Shown here: piece after piece, positions 49,832-58,977 of the stretch
How positions within the stretch are numbered: position 1 is the first letter of the stretch
How the letters are laid out: each line of letters opens with the position of its first letter
DNA from: Bacillota bacterium
GTDB taxonomy: Bacteria; Bacillota; Limnochordia; Limnochordales; ZCTH02-B6
Direction of reading: 5' to 3'
Assembly: GCA_017577945.2 (NCBI GenBank)
Contig: PKQS02000009.1
Span: 787 to 64,786 of the forward strand
DNA length: 64,000 nucleotides
Position numbers and translations under genes: made by a program
Notes under the pieces: generated by a model
Databases searched by the model: none
What the model was told of the DNA's origin: nothing
Seen by the model: the letters and a program-made list of their open reading frames with translations, nothing else

Positions 49832-50293
49832 CTAGAATTGTGCCACCAACCGGGCTTTCGCCACTTGTTCGAGCGGAATCCGCGCCTCGCCCTGCTCCAG
49901 GCGAATGACGATCTGCTCGCCATCCAGTCCCAGCAGCTCGCCGCGGAAGTTGCGGCGACCGTCGATGGGCCCGAACGTCCGCACATGCACCAAGCGCCCG
50001 GCGAACCGCTCGAAGTCCTGCGGCTTCTTCAGCGGCCGCTCAATTCCCGGCGACGACACTTCGAGGCTGTAGCTTTCCTCAATCGGATCCACTTCGTCGA
50101 GCCGCCGGCTCAGCTCCTCGCTCAGCGCCTCACAGTCGTCGAGCGTCACGCCGCCGGGCTTGTCGATGAACACCCGCAGCACCCGGCCGCCGGATTCCCT
50201 ACGGAACTCCACGTCGACGATTTCCAGGCCCAGCGGCCTCGCCACTTCTTCGGCCAGCTCGGCGGCGATTTCCGCCGGTCGCTTGGCGGCCAT
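49832..50293 (-). CDS. rimP: Ribosome maturation factor RimP (153 aa)
   Basis: GLEIVDVEF...VLRVFIDKPGGVTLDDCE pattern. ATG 50293 with [11 protein letters not shown]. Confidence 0.9.
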   Translation of the reverse strand: MAAKRPAEIAAELAEEVARPLGLEIVDVEFRRESGGRVLRVFIDKPGGVTLDDCEALSEELSRRLDEVDPIEESYSLEVSSPGIERPLKKPQDFERFAGRLVHVRTFGPIDGRRNFRGELLGLDGEQIVIRLEQGEARIPLEQVAKARLVAQF

Positions 50294-50328
50294 GCCCGCT
50301 CCCTCCCGCGGCCAGCAGCTTGCGTTGC

Positions 50329-50378
50329 AAAAAAACCGCCTTACACGTCGAAAGAGTGGGGACAGCCCCACTCTTTCG
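50329..50378 (-). promoter_or_regulatory. rimP-nusA-infB leader hairpin plus U7 tract (candidate attenuator)
   Basis: Perfect 13-bp stem CGAAAGAGTGGGG-CTGT-CCCCACTCTTTCG (50349-50378). TTTTTTT (50329-50335) lies 13 nt further on the minus strand. Confidence 0.4.
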
Positions 50379-50407
50379 CACCGACGACGCTCATCGTTGA
50401 CAGCAAT

Positions 50408-50436
50408 AGTATATCACTGTCAAATTCCCTGCGCAA
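50408..50436 (-). promoter_or_regulatory. Candidate rimP operon promoter, TTGCGC-17 nt-TGaTATACT
   Basis: Extended -10 in the AT-rich patch just after the polC stop. Confidence 0.5.
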
Positions 50437-50443
50437 TAAGGAG

Positions 50444-53400
50444 CTAAAACAGCGTCAATTGATCCGTCTCCGGCAGCCCTTCCAGCGTGCCGTGGCGCCG
50501 CAGCGTGTCGATGACGCTCTTCGTCAGCCGCGCGCGCGTCCTTAGGTCGTCCACCGACGTAAACCGGCCTTGTTCGCGGGCTTGAACGATGCTCTCCGCC
50601 GCGGCGACGCCCACGCCGTTCAGGGAAATAAACGGTGGCAGCAAGCCTTCCGGTGTCACCCTAAAGCGGGTGGCGTCCGACTCGTACAGGTGCACGCGGC
50701 GGAACTTGATGCCGCGCGCCAGCGCTTCCAAGACCAATTGCATCGTCGACGCCACCGCCTTGTCGCGGGCCGTGGCGTCAGGGCCTTTGCGCTCGACGGC
50801 TTCGATGGCGCGCCGGATCGCGTCTTTGCCTTGCACCAGTAGCTCGGCGTCGCACTCTTCCGCCCGCACCGTGAACGACGCCGCGTAGAACGCCTCGGGG
50901 TAGTGCACTTTGAAGTAGGCGATGCGAAACGCCATCATGACGTACGCCGCGGCGTGGGCCTTCGGGAACATGTAGCTGATTTTCTGGCACGAATCGATGT
51001 ACCACGGCGGCAAGTCGAACTGGCGCATCAGCTCCACGTCTTCGGGCTTGAGCCCTTTCCCCTTGCGTACCTGCTCCATAATGCGGAAGGCGTTGCCCGC
51101 GTCCATTCCTTTTTGAATAAGGAACAACATGATGTCGTCGCGCGTCGCGATGACTTCCCGCAGCGTGGCCTTGCCTTCGCGGATTAAGTCCTGGGCGTTG
51201 TTGAGCCAGACGTTGGTGCCGTGGGACAAGCCGCTGATGCGGACCAGTTCGCCGAACGTCCGCGGCCGGGTGTCCTCCAGCATCTGCCGCACGAACGGCG
51301 TGCCGAACTCGGGAATGCCCAGCGTGCCCACGTCGCCGCCCACGTCGGCGGGCGTTAGGCCCAGCGACTCAAGGCCGCTGAAGATGGCCATCGTCGCCGG
51401 GTCGTCCAGCGGGATGCGGGTGACGTCGACCCCCGTCAGGTCTTGGAGCATGCGCAGGATGGTCGGATCGTCGTGGCCCAGAATGTCCAGCTTGACCAGA
51501 TTGTCCTCGAGGGCCGAGTAGTCGAAATGCGTCGTGATGACGCCGGCGCTGCGGTCGTTGGCTGGATACTGCACGGGCGTAAAGTCGTGGATGTCTTCCC
51601 CCTCGGGAACGACCACCAGGCCGCCCGGGTGCTGGCCCGTCGTGCGCCGCACGCCCGTGCAGCCCCGCACCAGGCGATCCACTTCCGCGGCTCGCGCCTC
51701 GACGCCGACGGACTCTAGATATTTCTTGACGTACCCGTACGCGGTCCGCTCGGCCAGCGTCGCAATGGTGCCTGCGCGATACACGTTCTCGCTGCCCAGC
51801 AACTGCTCGGCGTATTGGTGCGCCCGCGACTGGTATTCGCCGGAGAAGTTCAAGTCGATGTCGGGCACCTTGTCGCCGTGGAAGCCCATGAACGTCTCGA
51901 ACGGGATGTCGAAGCCGTCCTTGTCGAGCGGCGTGCCGCACCGGGGGCAATCGCGCCGCGGCAAGTCGATGCCGCATTGCACCGACCCGTCGGTGACAAA
52001 CTGGCTCCAGTGACACTGCGGGCACACGTAGTGGGGCGGTAGCGGGTTAACCTCGGTGATGCCGCACATGGTGGCCACTAGGGACGATCCGACCGAACCG
52101 CGCGAGCCGACCAAGTATCCGTCCTCGCGAGACTTTTGCACCAGCTTGTGGGCGATGTAGTACAGCGACGCGAAGCCGTTCGAGATGATGGAGCGCAGCT
52201 CCCGCTGCAGCCGCTCCTCCACGATGGGCGGCAACGGATCGCCGTAGCGCTTCCGAGCTGTCTCCTTGGCAATGCGCTCGATGGCCTCGGCCGCCCCCGG
52301 CAAGTTCGGCGCGTGCAGCCCTTTGGGCAGCGGCGCCATCTCCTCGCAGCGAGCCGCGATGGCATTGGTGTTTTCGATGACAACCTGGCGCGCCCGCTCC
52401 TCGCCCAAATAGGCGAACTCCTGCAGCATCTCCGTCGTCGTGCGGAAATACAGCGGCGTGGGCCGCTCCGACGTGGAAAACCCGTGGCCCGCCATGATGA
52501 TGCGGCGGAAAATCTCGTCCTCGGGGTGCAAAAAGTGCGCGTCGGAGGTGGCCACGACCGGCAACCCCAGCTCGTCGCCCAGCTGGACGATGAGCCGGTT
52601 GATGTTGCGCAGCGCTTCCTCGTCGGGCAGCGTGCCGTCCTCGATGAGGAAGCGGTTGTTGTCGATGGGCTGAATCTCCAGGTAGTCGTAGAACGACGCG
52701 ATTTCCCGCAGCCTCTCTTTAGGCTCGCCGCGCAAGATGGCTTGGAACAGCTCGCCCGCCTCGCAGGCCGACCCGATGATCAAGCCTTCGCGGCGCTTGA
52801 CGAGCTCGCTGCGCGGAATGCGCGGGTTCCGGTAGAAGTAGTGCAAGTGCGACAGCGAGACCAGCTCGTAGAGATGCTTCAGCCCTTTGCGGTTGGCGGC
52901 CAGGATGATGATGTGGTACGACCGTCCCTTTTCGTCCGCGTCGTCGGTCAAGTAACCTTCCATGCCGTAGATGAGCTTGATGCCCGCCTTCTTGGCCGCC
53001 TGATACGCCTCAGGGAAGGCGTGCACGACGCCGTGGTCCGTGATGGCCACGGCGGGGTGCCCCCAGGCCGCGGCCTGTTCGATGACCGCCTGGATGTCCG
53101 CCGCGCCGTCCAGGCTGCTCATCTTCGTGTGCAGGTGCAGCTCGACGCGCTTTTCGGGATGGTCGTCCGTCCGCACCCGCGGCGACGTCTCCGCGACGGC
53201 GGTGGGCGTAATGACCAGCTCCTGCGTAAACCGATCGATCTCGGCGCGCCCGCGCACTTTGACCCAGCGGCCTTCCTGCACCGGGGAGTTTTCAGGCAGT
53301 TCGCCGCGGACGAAGGCTTTGACGGTGATGGAATCGGTGCGGTCGGTGATGTCGAAGCTGAGCAGAAAGCCCCCCCGCACTTCACGGCTTTCCCACTTCA

Positions 53401-54013
53401 TCACTTCGCCCTCGACGACCACGTCCGGCCGGGGCGAACGCAGCTCCCGCAGCGGGGTCGGCATGCCGTCGACCTGCGGCTTAAACAGCGACGAGCCGTT
53501 CCCGTTGCCTTTTCCGTTGCCGTTGCCGGCGCTCCGGCGCGGCCGGCCTTCGCCGCCGTATCCGGCCTGCAAGATGCCGCCCGCGGCGGCCCGCTGCAAG
53601 ACCCGTTCAAGGTACTCGTCGTCGTCGGGCTCCTCGGCGTAAGGCGGCTCAGGCGGCGGCACCTCGAAGAACGGATCCCACGCCGTCGCGGCGGATTCGA
53701 CCGCCGCGGCGGCTTCGGAGGCGCCGGAGGCGCCCGCCCCGTTCCCCGACCCGCGGGGTGCAGCCTCGAACACGAACTGCAGCTCATCCACGCCCGTCAC
53801 TTGGCTGAGCAGGCGCTGTTCGAGCTTCTTCAGCGTCGCTTCGCCGATGGGCTTTTCGCCTTCCAGAACGACGCGCCATGCGCGCCTGGCCACGTCCACC
53901 TCCACCCGCCGCAAACGGGCCGCGGCCACGGCTTCGGTTTCCTCGGGGGAGAGACCCGGCAACAAGCGCGCCAGGGCGCCGGCCTCGTCCGGTTCGATAA
54001 TGTACACGCTCAT
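50444..54013 (-). CDS. polC: DNA polymerase III alpha, PolC type, lacking the inserted 3'-5' exonuclease domain (1189 aa)
   Basis: N-terminal OB fold, PHP motifs (ELHLHTKMS, ITDHG, ATSDAHF), PolC Zn finger (CPQCH...CPRCG), DIDLNFSGEYQ, KAHAAAYV, and a C-terminal ...PETDQLTLF. No DxETTG or other DEDDh motifs anywhere in the ORF. Confidence 0.93.
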   Translation of the reverse strand: MSVYIIEPDEAGALARLLPGLSPEETEAVAAARLRRVEVDVARRAWRVVLEGEKPIGEATLKKLEQRLLSQVTGVDELQFVFEAAPRGSGNGAGASGASEAAAAVESAATAWDPFFEVPPPEPPYAEEPDDDEYLERVLQRAAAGGILQAGYGGEGRPRRSAGNGNGKGNGNGSSLFKPQVDGMPTPLRELRSPRPDVVVEGEVMKWESREVRGGFLLSFDITDRTDSITVKAFVRGELPENSPVQEGRWVKVRGRAEIDRFTQELVITPTAVAETSPRVRTDDHPEKRVELHLHTKMSSLDGAADIQAVIEQAAAWGHPAVAITDHGVVHAFPEAYQAAKKAGIKLIYGMEGYLTDDADEKGRSYHIIILAANRKGLKHLYELVSLSHLHYFYRNPRIPRSELVKRREGLIIGSACEAGELFQAILRGEPKERLREIASFYDYLEIQPIDNNRFLIEDGTLPDEEALRNINRLIVQLGDELGLPVVATSDAHFLHPEDEIFRRIIMAGHGFSTSERPTPLYFRTTTEMLQEFAYLGEERARQVVIENTNAIAARCEEMAPLPKGLHAPNLPGAAEAIERIAKETARKRYGDPLPPIVEERLQRELRSIISNGFASLYYIAHKLVQKSREDGYLVGSRGSVGSSLVATMCGITEVNPLPPHYVCPQCHWSQFVTDGSVQCGIDLPRRDCPRCGTPLDKDGFDIPFETFMGFHGDKVPDIDLNFSGEYQSRAHQYAEQLLGSENVYRAGTIATLAERTAYGYVKKYLESVGVEARAAEVDRLVRGCTGVRRTTGQHPGGLVVVPEGEDIHDFTPVQYPANDRSAGVITTHFDYSALEDNLVKLDILGHDDPTILRMLQDLTGVDVTRIPLDDPATMAIFSGLESLGLTPADVGGDVGTLGIPEFGTPFVRQMLEDTRPRTFGELVRISGLSHGTNVWLNNAQDLIREGKATLREVIATRDDIMLFLIQKGMDAGNAFRIMEQVRKGKGLKPEDVELMRQFDLPPWYIDSCQKISYMFPKAHAAAYVMMAFRIAYFKVHYPEAFYAASFTVRAEECDAELLVQGKDAIRRAIEAVERKGPDATARDKAVASTMQLVLEALARGIKFRRVHLYESDATRFRVTPEGLLPPFISLNGVGVAAAESIVQAREQGRFTSVDDLRTRARLTKSVIDTLRRHGTLEGLPETDQLTLF

Positions 54014-54066
54014 AGAGGCACCTCGGAATCCTGCCGACGTCGGCTCTGGTCGCGCCTTGCGGCGCG

Positions 54067-54693
54067 TCAGTAATAGGCGCGCAAGATCTCCCAGTACATC
54101 CGCATGCGAGCGCGGAAGCCATTCCAGGCGCCAGCCTTTTCTTCCTTCATTACGTGGGCGAGCCCGCGCAGCCGCACTTGCTCGACCCGCAGCCCTTCCC
54201 GCTCGGCGTAGCGCGAGAGGACGATCTCCGCGCCAAACCGGGACTCATCCAGGTGCGGCACGTGTTCGACCACCTCGCGCCGGACCGCCCGCTGGCCAGT
54301 AAGATACGGCGCCAACCAGTGCGCGAAGTCGGTGGCGGCCCGGCCGGCCACGAACACGCCGATGGTCATGTCGGCTCGCCCGAACAGGACAGGTTCCACT
54401 AGCGCGCGGATATGTTCGTCGCGCAGGCCGACCAAGTCCGCGTCGAGGAACAGGATGATCTCGGCGTCGGTCTGCCGCACGCCCGCCAGCATGGCGCCGC
54501 CTTTGCCCACGTTGACGGGCAGCTCCACGACGGTGACGGGAAAGCGCCGCGCCACGGCCGCGGTGTCGTCCGTGCAGCCGTCGCAGACGACGATCACTTC
54601 GTCCAGCAGCGGATGGCGCACGACCCGCTGCAGCACCCGGCCGATGTTGGCTGCTTCGTTGTAAGCGGGAATGACCGCCGCCACTTTCGCCAT
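54067..54693 (-). CDS. Family-2-like glycosyltransferase (GpgS-like short form)
   Basis: AAVIPAYNEA start, NVGKGGAM, and the LDADL DxD motif. Confidence 0.75.
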   Translation of the reverse strand: MAKVAAVIPAYNEAANIGRVLQRVVRHPLLDEVIVVCDGCTDDTAAVARRFPVTVVELPVNVGKGGAMLAGVRQTDAEIILFLDADLVGLRDEHIRALVEPVLFGRADMTIGVFVAGRAATDFAHWLAPYLTGQRAVRREVVEHVPHLDESRFGAEIVLSRYAEREGLRVEQVRLRGLAHVMKEEKAGAWNGFRARMRMYWEILRAYY

Positions 54694-54751
54694 GTCGACT
54701 CCGACTCCTCCCGCGTGCGGCGGCCCATCGCTGCGCTGCGTCCGGGAACGC

Positions 54752-56476
54752 TTACTGCAGCTGTGCGAGCGCCTCGGCGATCCGGGCCCGGACGAAGGAG
54801 GCCGCCTCGCCGACGGGCACCAGCTGCTGCAGCGCCCCGTCGCGGCTGGTCACTTCGACGGCGCCTTCGGCCAGCGACCGCGGACCCACCGTGATCCGGT
54901 ACGGGAAGCCGATCAAGTCCGCGTCGTTGAACTTGACTCCGGCCCGCTCGTCCCGGTCGTCCAGCACCACTTCAACGCCGTCCGCCAGCAGCTGCTCGTA
55001 CAGCTCCTCGGCCACCTGCCGCTGCTGCGCGTCGTCGTACTTGACCGGCACGATGACGACGTGGTACGGCGCCACCGAGACGGGCCAGCGGATGCCTTTC
55101 TCGTCGTGGTGCTGCTCGATAATCGCGGCCATCGTCCGGCTGATGCCGATGCCGTAGCAGCCCATGACGATGGGCTTGGACTGGCCGCTTTCATCCAGGT
55201 AGGTTGCCCCCAGCGCGGCGGAATACTTGGTGCCGAGCTTGAAAATTTGTCCCACTTCAATGCCGCGCGCCGACGCCAGCGGCTGGCCGCAATGCACGCA
55301 CGCGTCGCCCGGCCGCACCGTGCGAATGTCGGCCACCACGTGGGCTTGCCAGTCCCGTCCGGGCGCGACATGCATCATGTGCTTGTCGGCGGCGTTGGCC
55401 CCGGCGACGGCATCGCGCACGGCCCACGCCCACGGGTCGGCCACGATGCGCACGCCTTCCAAGCCGATCGGACCGGCGAACCCCACGGGTGCACGGGTGA
55501 CGCGCTCGATGACCTCGGCCGGCGCCATGACGACCTCGGTGGCGTCCAAGGCGCGCCGCAGCTTCACCGGATTGACGTCGTGATCGCCCCGCACCACCGC
55601 GGCCACGGGTTGTCCGTCCACGAGGAAGATCAACGTCTTCAGCAGCCGCCGGGTCTCCACCCCCAGCATGGCCGCCACTTCCTCGATGGTCCGGGCGCCG
55701 GGCGTGTCCACCACGCGGGCCGGCGGAACATCGCCGGCGTCCTCGCTTTCCGGAGGCGGCGCGCTCGCGGCCTTTTCCGTGTTGGCCGCGTAGTCGCACG
55801 CCGTGCAGTAGACGATTTCCGCCTCGCCGGCGTCGGCCAGCACCATAAACTCGTGCGTGACGTTGCCGCCGATGGCCCCGGGGTCCGCCTCCACGGCGCG
55901 CACCTTCAGGCCGCAGCGCGCGAACACCCGCTCGTAAGCCTCGTACATCTTCCGGTACGAGACGTCCAGCCCCGCCTCGTCCCGGTCAAACGAATACAAA
56001 TCTTTCATGATAAACTCGCGGCCCCGCAGCAAGCCGAAGCGGGGGCGGACTTCGTCGCGGTATTTGTTCGCGATTTGGTAGAGCAGCAGCGGCAGCTGCC
56101 GGTACGACCGCACTTCGGCCCGCACCAGCGTCGTGATGAGCTCCTCGTGGGTGGGACCGAGGCAGAACTCCCGCCCGTTGCGGTCCTTGAGGCGGAACAT
56201 CTCCTCGCCGTATTCATCCCAGCGGCCCGATTCCCGCCAAATCTCCGCGGGCTGCACGATGGGCATCAGCAATTCCTGGCCGCCTTTGGCGTCCATCTCC
56301 TCGCGGACGATCTGCTCAATCTTGCGCAGCACGCGCCACGCCAAAGGCAAGTACGTGTAGATGCCGGCGGCGGACCGGCGGATAAACCCGGCGCGAAGGA
56401 GCAATTGGTGGCTGGCGATCTCCGCCTCGCCCGGCGTTTCCCGCAGGGTCGGCGCCAGCAGCTGCGACATGCGCAT
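54752..56476 (-). CDS. proS: Proline--tRNA ligase (bacterial type with INS editing domain)
   Basis: [15 protein letters not shown] start and class II motifs ([15 protein letters not shown]). Confidence 0.97.
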   Translation of the reverse strand: MRMSQLLAPTLRETPGEAEIASHQLLLRAGFIRRSAAGIYTYLPLAWRVLRKIEQIVREEMDAKGGQELLMPIVQPAEIWRESGRWDEYGEEMFRLKDRNGREFCLGPTHEELITTLVRAEVRSYRQLPLLLYQIANKYRDEVRPRFGLLRGREFIMKDLYSFDRDEAGLDVSYRKMYEAYERVFARCGLKVRAVEADPGAIGGNVTHEFMVLADAGEAEIVYCTACDYAANTEKAASAPPPESEDAGDVPPARVVDTPGARTIEEVAAMLGVETRRLLKTLIFLVDGQPVAAVVRGDHDVNPVKLRRALDATEVVMAPAEVIERVTRAPVGFAGPIGLEGVRIVADPWAWAVRDAVAGANAADKHMMHVAPGRDWQAHVVADIRTVRPGDACVHCGQPLASARGIEVGQIFKLGTKYSAALGATYLDESGQSKPIVMGCYGIGISRTMAAIIEQHHDEKGIRWPVSVAPYHVVIVPVKYDDAQQRQVAEELYEQLLADGVEVVLDDRDERAGVKFNDADLIGFPYRITVGPRSLAEGAVEVTSRDGALQQLVPVGEAASFVRARIAEALAQLQ

Positions 56477-56542
56477 GGGCGGACCTCCTTATTCCCCGGC
56501 GATGAACGAAATCCGTTTCGTTCGGCGCTGCGACGCGCCCGC

Positions 56543-57655
56543 TCAGACACCGAACAAGCGAGACAAATCCAGGTAGAACACGAAAGCCATCAGCGCCAGC
56601 AGCAGCGTCAAGCCCACGAACTGGGCCACGCCCTGGTACTCGGGCTTCAGCGGCTTGCCGAGCACCGCCTCAATGGCCAAGAACAGCAGCCATCCGCCGT
56701 CCAGCACCGGCACGGGCAACAAGTTGATCAAGCCCAGGTTGATGTTGAGCACGGCGGCGAGGAGCAGCAAGTAGCCGATTCCCAGCCGCGCCGACTCGCC
56801 CACCGTGCGGAAAATGCCGATGGGCCCCGACAAGCTGTCGCGCAGCTCCGCGCCGGAAGTCTGGCCCGTGACGATGCGGCCCAGCCAGGCCACGAGCTCC
56901 GACGTCCACCGCACCGTATCTGCAGCCGCCTGGCCAACGGCTTGGCCGAAGGGCAGCCGCTCTTTGCCGGCCATACCGCCCGCCATGACGGTGACGCCGA
57001 TAAGCACCCGCCCACTGGCCTCGTCGTACCGCGCCTCGACGGGGAGCTCCAGCCGCCGCCCGTCCCGCTCGATCTCGATGGTGACGGTCTGGTTCGGATA
57101 CCGCTGCAACGCCGCGCTCAGCTCAGCCAAATTGGAGACTCGCTGCCCTTCCACCGCCATGATGACATCGCCGGCCCGGATACCGGCCAGCGCGGCCGGG
57201 CTTCCGGGCAACACGTCGCTGACGGCGAAAGGCACCGCGATGGCCCAGTGGAAGAAAAACAAGAGAACGAACGCCAGCAAGAAATTGGCCACCGGCCCCG
57301 CCGCGATGGTGGCCATCCGCTGGGCTACAGTCTTCCTCAGGAACGACCGCTCGTCGTCCTCCGGGACCTCCTCCTCGGGATCGACCGCCGCGTCCATGCC
57401 GGCCAGCTTCACGAACCCGCCCAGCGGCAAGAGCCGGACGGAGTACACGGTCTCGCCGCGCTTCCACTGCACCAGCGCCTTGCCGAAGCCGATCGCAAAC
57501 TCGTACACCTTGATGCCGACGCGGCGCGCGACCAGGTAGTGGCCGGCCTCGTGCACCAAGACGATGGTGCCGAACACGACGACGAACGGCAAAATCCACG
57601 TGGTCAACAGGTCCCACAGCGCCAGCGGGCTCACCATCTCTGCCCCCTTCGTCAC
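56543..57655 (-). CDS. rseP: RIP zinc metalloprotease RseP/RasP (site-2 protease with PDZ)
   Basis: HEAGHYLVAR HExxH, PDZ segment, and NLLPVPVLDGG motif. ATG 57637 is an alternative start. Confidence 0.93.
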   Translation of the reverse strand: MTKGAEMVSPLALWDLLTTWILPFVVVFGTIVLVHEAGHYLVARRVGIKVYEFAIGFGKALVQWKRGETVYSVRLLPLGGFVKLAGMDAAVDPEEEVPEDDERSFLRKTVAQRMATIAAGPVANFLLAFVLLFFFHWAIAVPFAVSDVLPGSPAALAGIRAGDVIMAVEGQRVSNLAELSAALQRYPNQTVTIEIERDGRRLELPVEARYDEASGRVLIGVTVMAGGMAGKERLPFGQAVGQAAADTVRWTSELVAWLGRIVTGQTSGAELRDSLSGPIGIFRTVGESARLGIGYLLLLAAVLNINLGLINLLPVPVLDGGWLLFLAIEAVLGKPLKPEYQGVAQFVGLTLLLALMAFVFYLDLSRLFGV

Positions 57656-58854
57656 ACGACGGCGGCCGGGCGAAAGCCGCTCACGACGTTGCGGGCCCAG
57701 CGGTCGGCCGCCAACACGTTCTCCAGCGTTGCCGCCTGCGGCTGGTGATCGGCCATCGCGCGCTCCACAAGGCGGGGGATGTCGAGGAAGCCGATGCGCC
57801 GCTGCAAGAAGAGCTGCACGGCCACCTCGTTGGCCGCGTTCAGCACCGCCGGCATCGTGCCGCCCTGCCGCGCCGCCTCGTAAGCCAGCTCCAGCGCTGG
57901 AAACCGCTCGCGGTCGGGCAGCTCAAAGGTCAGCTGCCCCACGTCGGCCAGCGACAGCCGCCGCACCGGCGACGGCATGCGCCGCGGGTACAGCAGGGCG
58001 TACTGGATCGGAATGCGCATGTCCGTCGGCCCCAAGTGGGCCAGGATCGAACCGTCCACCAGCTCGACGCACGAGTGCACGATGCTCTGCGGGTGCACCA
58101 CCACGTCGATGCGGTCGATCGGAACGTCGAACAGCCAGCGGGCTTCGATGACCTCCAGCCCCTTGTTCATCAGGGTCGCCGAGTCGATGGTCACCTTGGG
58201 GCCCATGCGCCACGTCGGATGCCGCAGGGCCTCCTCCGGCGTAACGCGGGCAAGCTCCTCTTTCGGCACGGAACGAAATGGACCGCCCGAGGCGGTCAGC
58301 AGCAAACGTTCCACGGCCTGCCGGGATTCTCCCTGCAGGCACTGGAAGATCGCGCTGTGCTCGCTGTCCACCGGCAGCAGCCGGGCGCCGCTGCGTTGCG
58401 CCGCCGCCGTCACCAGTTGGCCGCCGGCGACCAGCACTTCTTTGGTCGCCAGCGCCACGTCCTTGCCCGCCTCCAGGGCGGCCAGCGTCGGCACGAGAGC
58501 TTCCGCGCCGACCATGGCCATGACGACCAGATCGACGTCTTCGGCCGACACCATGTCGATGAGCGCGTCGCGCCCACCGTACACGGCCGGCCCCTCGCCG
58601 TCGCCGCCCAGTAGTCCCCGGACGGCAAGGCCGTCCTTCACCTGCGCGGCGGCTTCGTCGTCCGCCATGACGATGCGGCGCACCGACCGCCGCAACACGT
58701 CGCTGGACGCCACCACGTCGACCATCGGCTCAGCGCGGTGCCCGCCGGCCAATCCAACGACGATGAGCTCGTCGGGAAAGTGATGAACGATCTCCAGCGT
58801 CTGCCGGCCGATAGACCCCGTCGCGCCGACGACGACGACGTGTTTGCGTTTCAA
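57652..58854 (-). CDS. dxr: 1-deoxy-D-xylulose-5-phosphate reductoisomerase
   Basis: VVVGATGSIG, LPVDSEHSAIFQC motifs. TTG start with GGGGGTGG SD. Confidence 0.96.
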   Translation of the reverse strand: MKRKHVVVVGATGSIGRQTLEIVHHFPDELIVVGLAGGHRAEPMVDVVASSDVLRRSVRRIVMADDEAAAQVKDGLAVRGLLGGDGEGPAVYGGRDALIDMVSAEDVDLVVMAMVGAEALVPTLAALEAGKDVALATKEVLVAGGQLVTAAAQRSGARLLPVDSEHSAIFQCLQGESRQAVERLLLTASGGPFRSVPKEELARVTPEEALRHPTWRMGPKVTIDSATLMNKGLEVIEARWLFDVPIDRIDVVVHPQSIVHSCVELVDGSILAHLGPTDMRIPIQYALLYPRRMPSPVRRLSLADVGQLTFELPDRERFPALELAYEAARQGGTMPAVLNAANEVAVQLFLQRRIGFLDIPRLVERAMADHQPQAATLENVLAADRWARNVVSGFRPAAVV

Positions 58855-58880
58855 AGTGCCACCCCCGTGTTGCTGGACGT

Positions 58881-58911
58881 ATTATACCACAGTGGTCCGC
58901 GGCGCGTCCAA
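58881..58911 (-). promoter_or_regulatory. Candidate dxr promoter, TTGGAC-19 nt-TGgTATAAT
   Basis: Consensus extended -10. The spacer is long. Preceded by a short CGCCG/CGGCG hairpin + TTTTT that could terminate the upstream gene. Confidence 0.4.
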
Positions 58912-58977
58912 AAACGCCGGCCTGGCGGCGAGCTTGTCTCGTGCGCCCGGACGTCGCCGCCCTGAGCGGTCCCGCGG

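Noticed and set aside
47950-49908. 652-aa plus-strand ORF over nusA
   Set aside because: It is antisense to nusA and its acidic tail, and has no recognisable domains.
50444-54013. Short polC as a pseudogene or frameshifted gene
   Set aside because: There is a single uninterrupted frame with intact catalytic, zinc-finger and C-terminal motifs on both sides of the missing exonuclease insert. No exo-domain remnants appear in other frames. An assembly deletion cannot be excluded without reads.
56477-56542. Possible T-box leader upstream of proS, common in Firmicutes
   Set aside because: The intergenic space is only 66 nt, far too short for a T-box (about 200 nt). No specifier or T-box consensus was seen.
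54671-57748. 1025-aa plus-strand ORF, the longest in the track after polC
   Set aside because: It lies entirely antisense to proS and rseP, which have unmistakable motifs. Composition is dominated by R/H/G/P/A/D. It has no SD or family resemblance.
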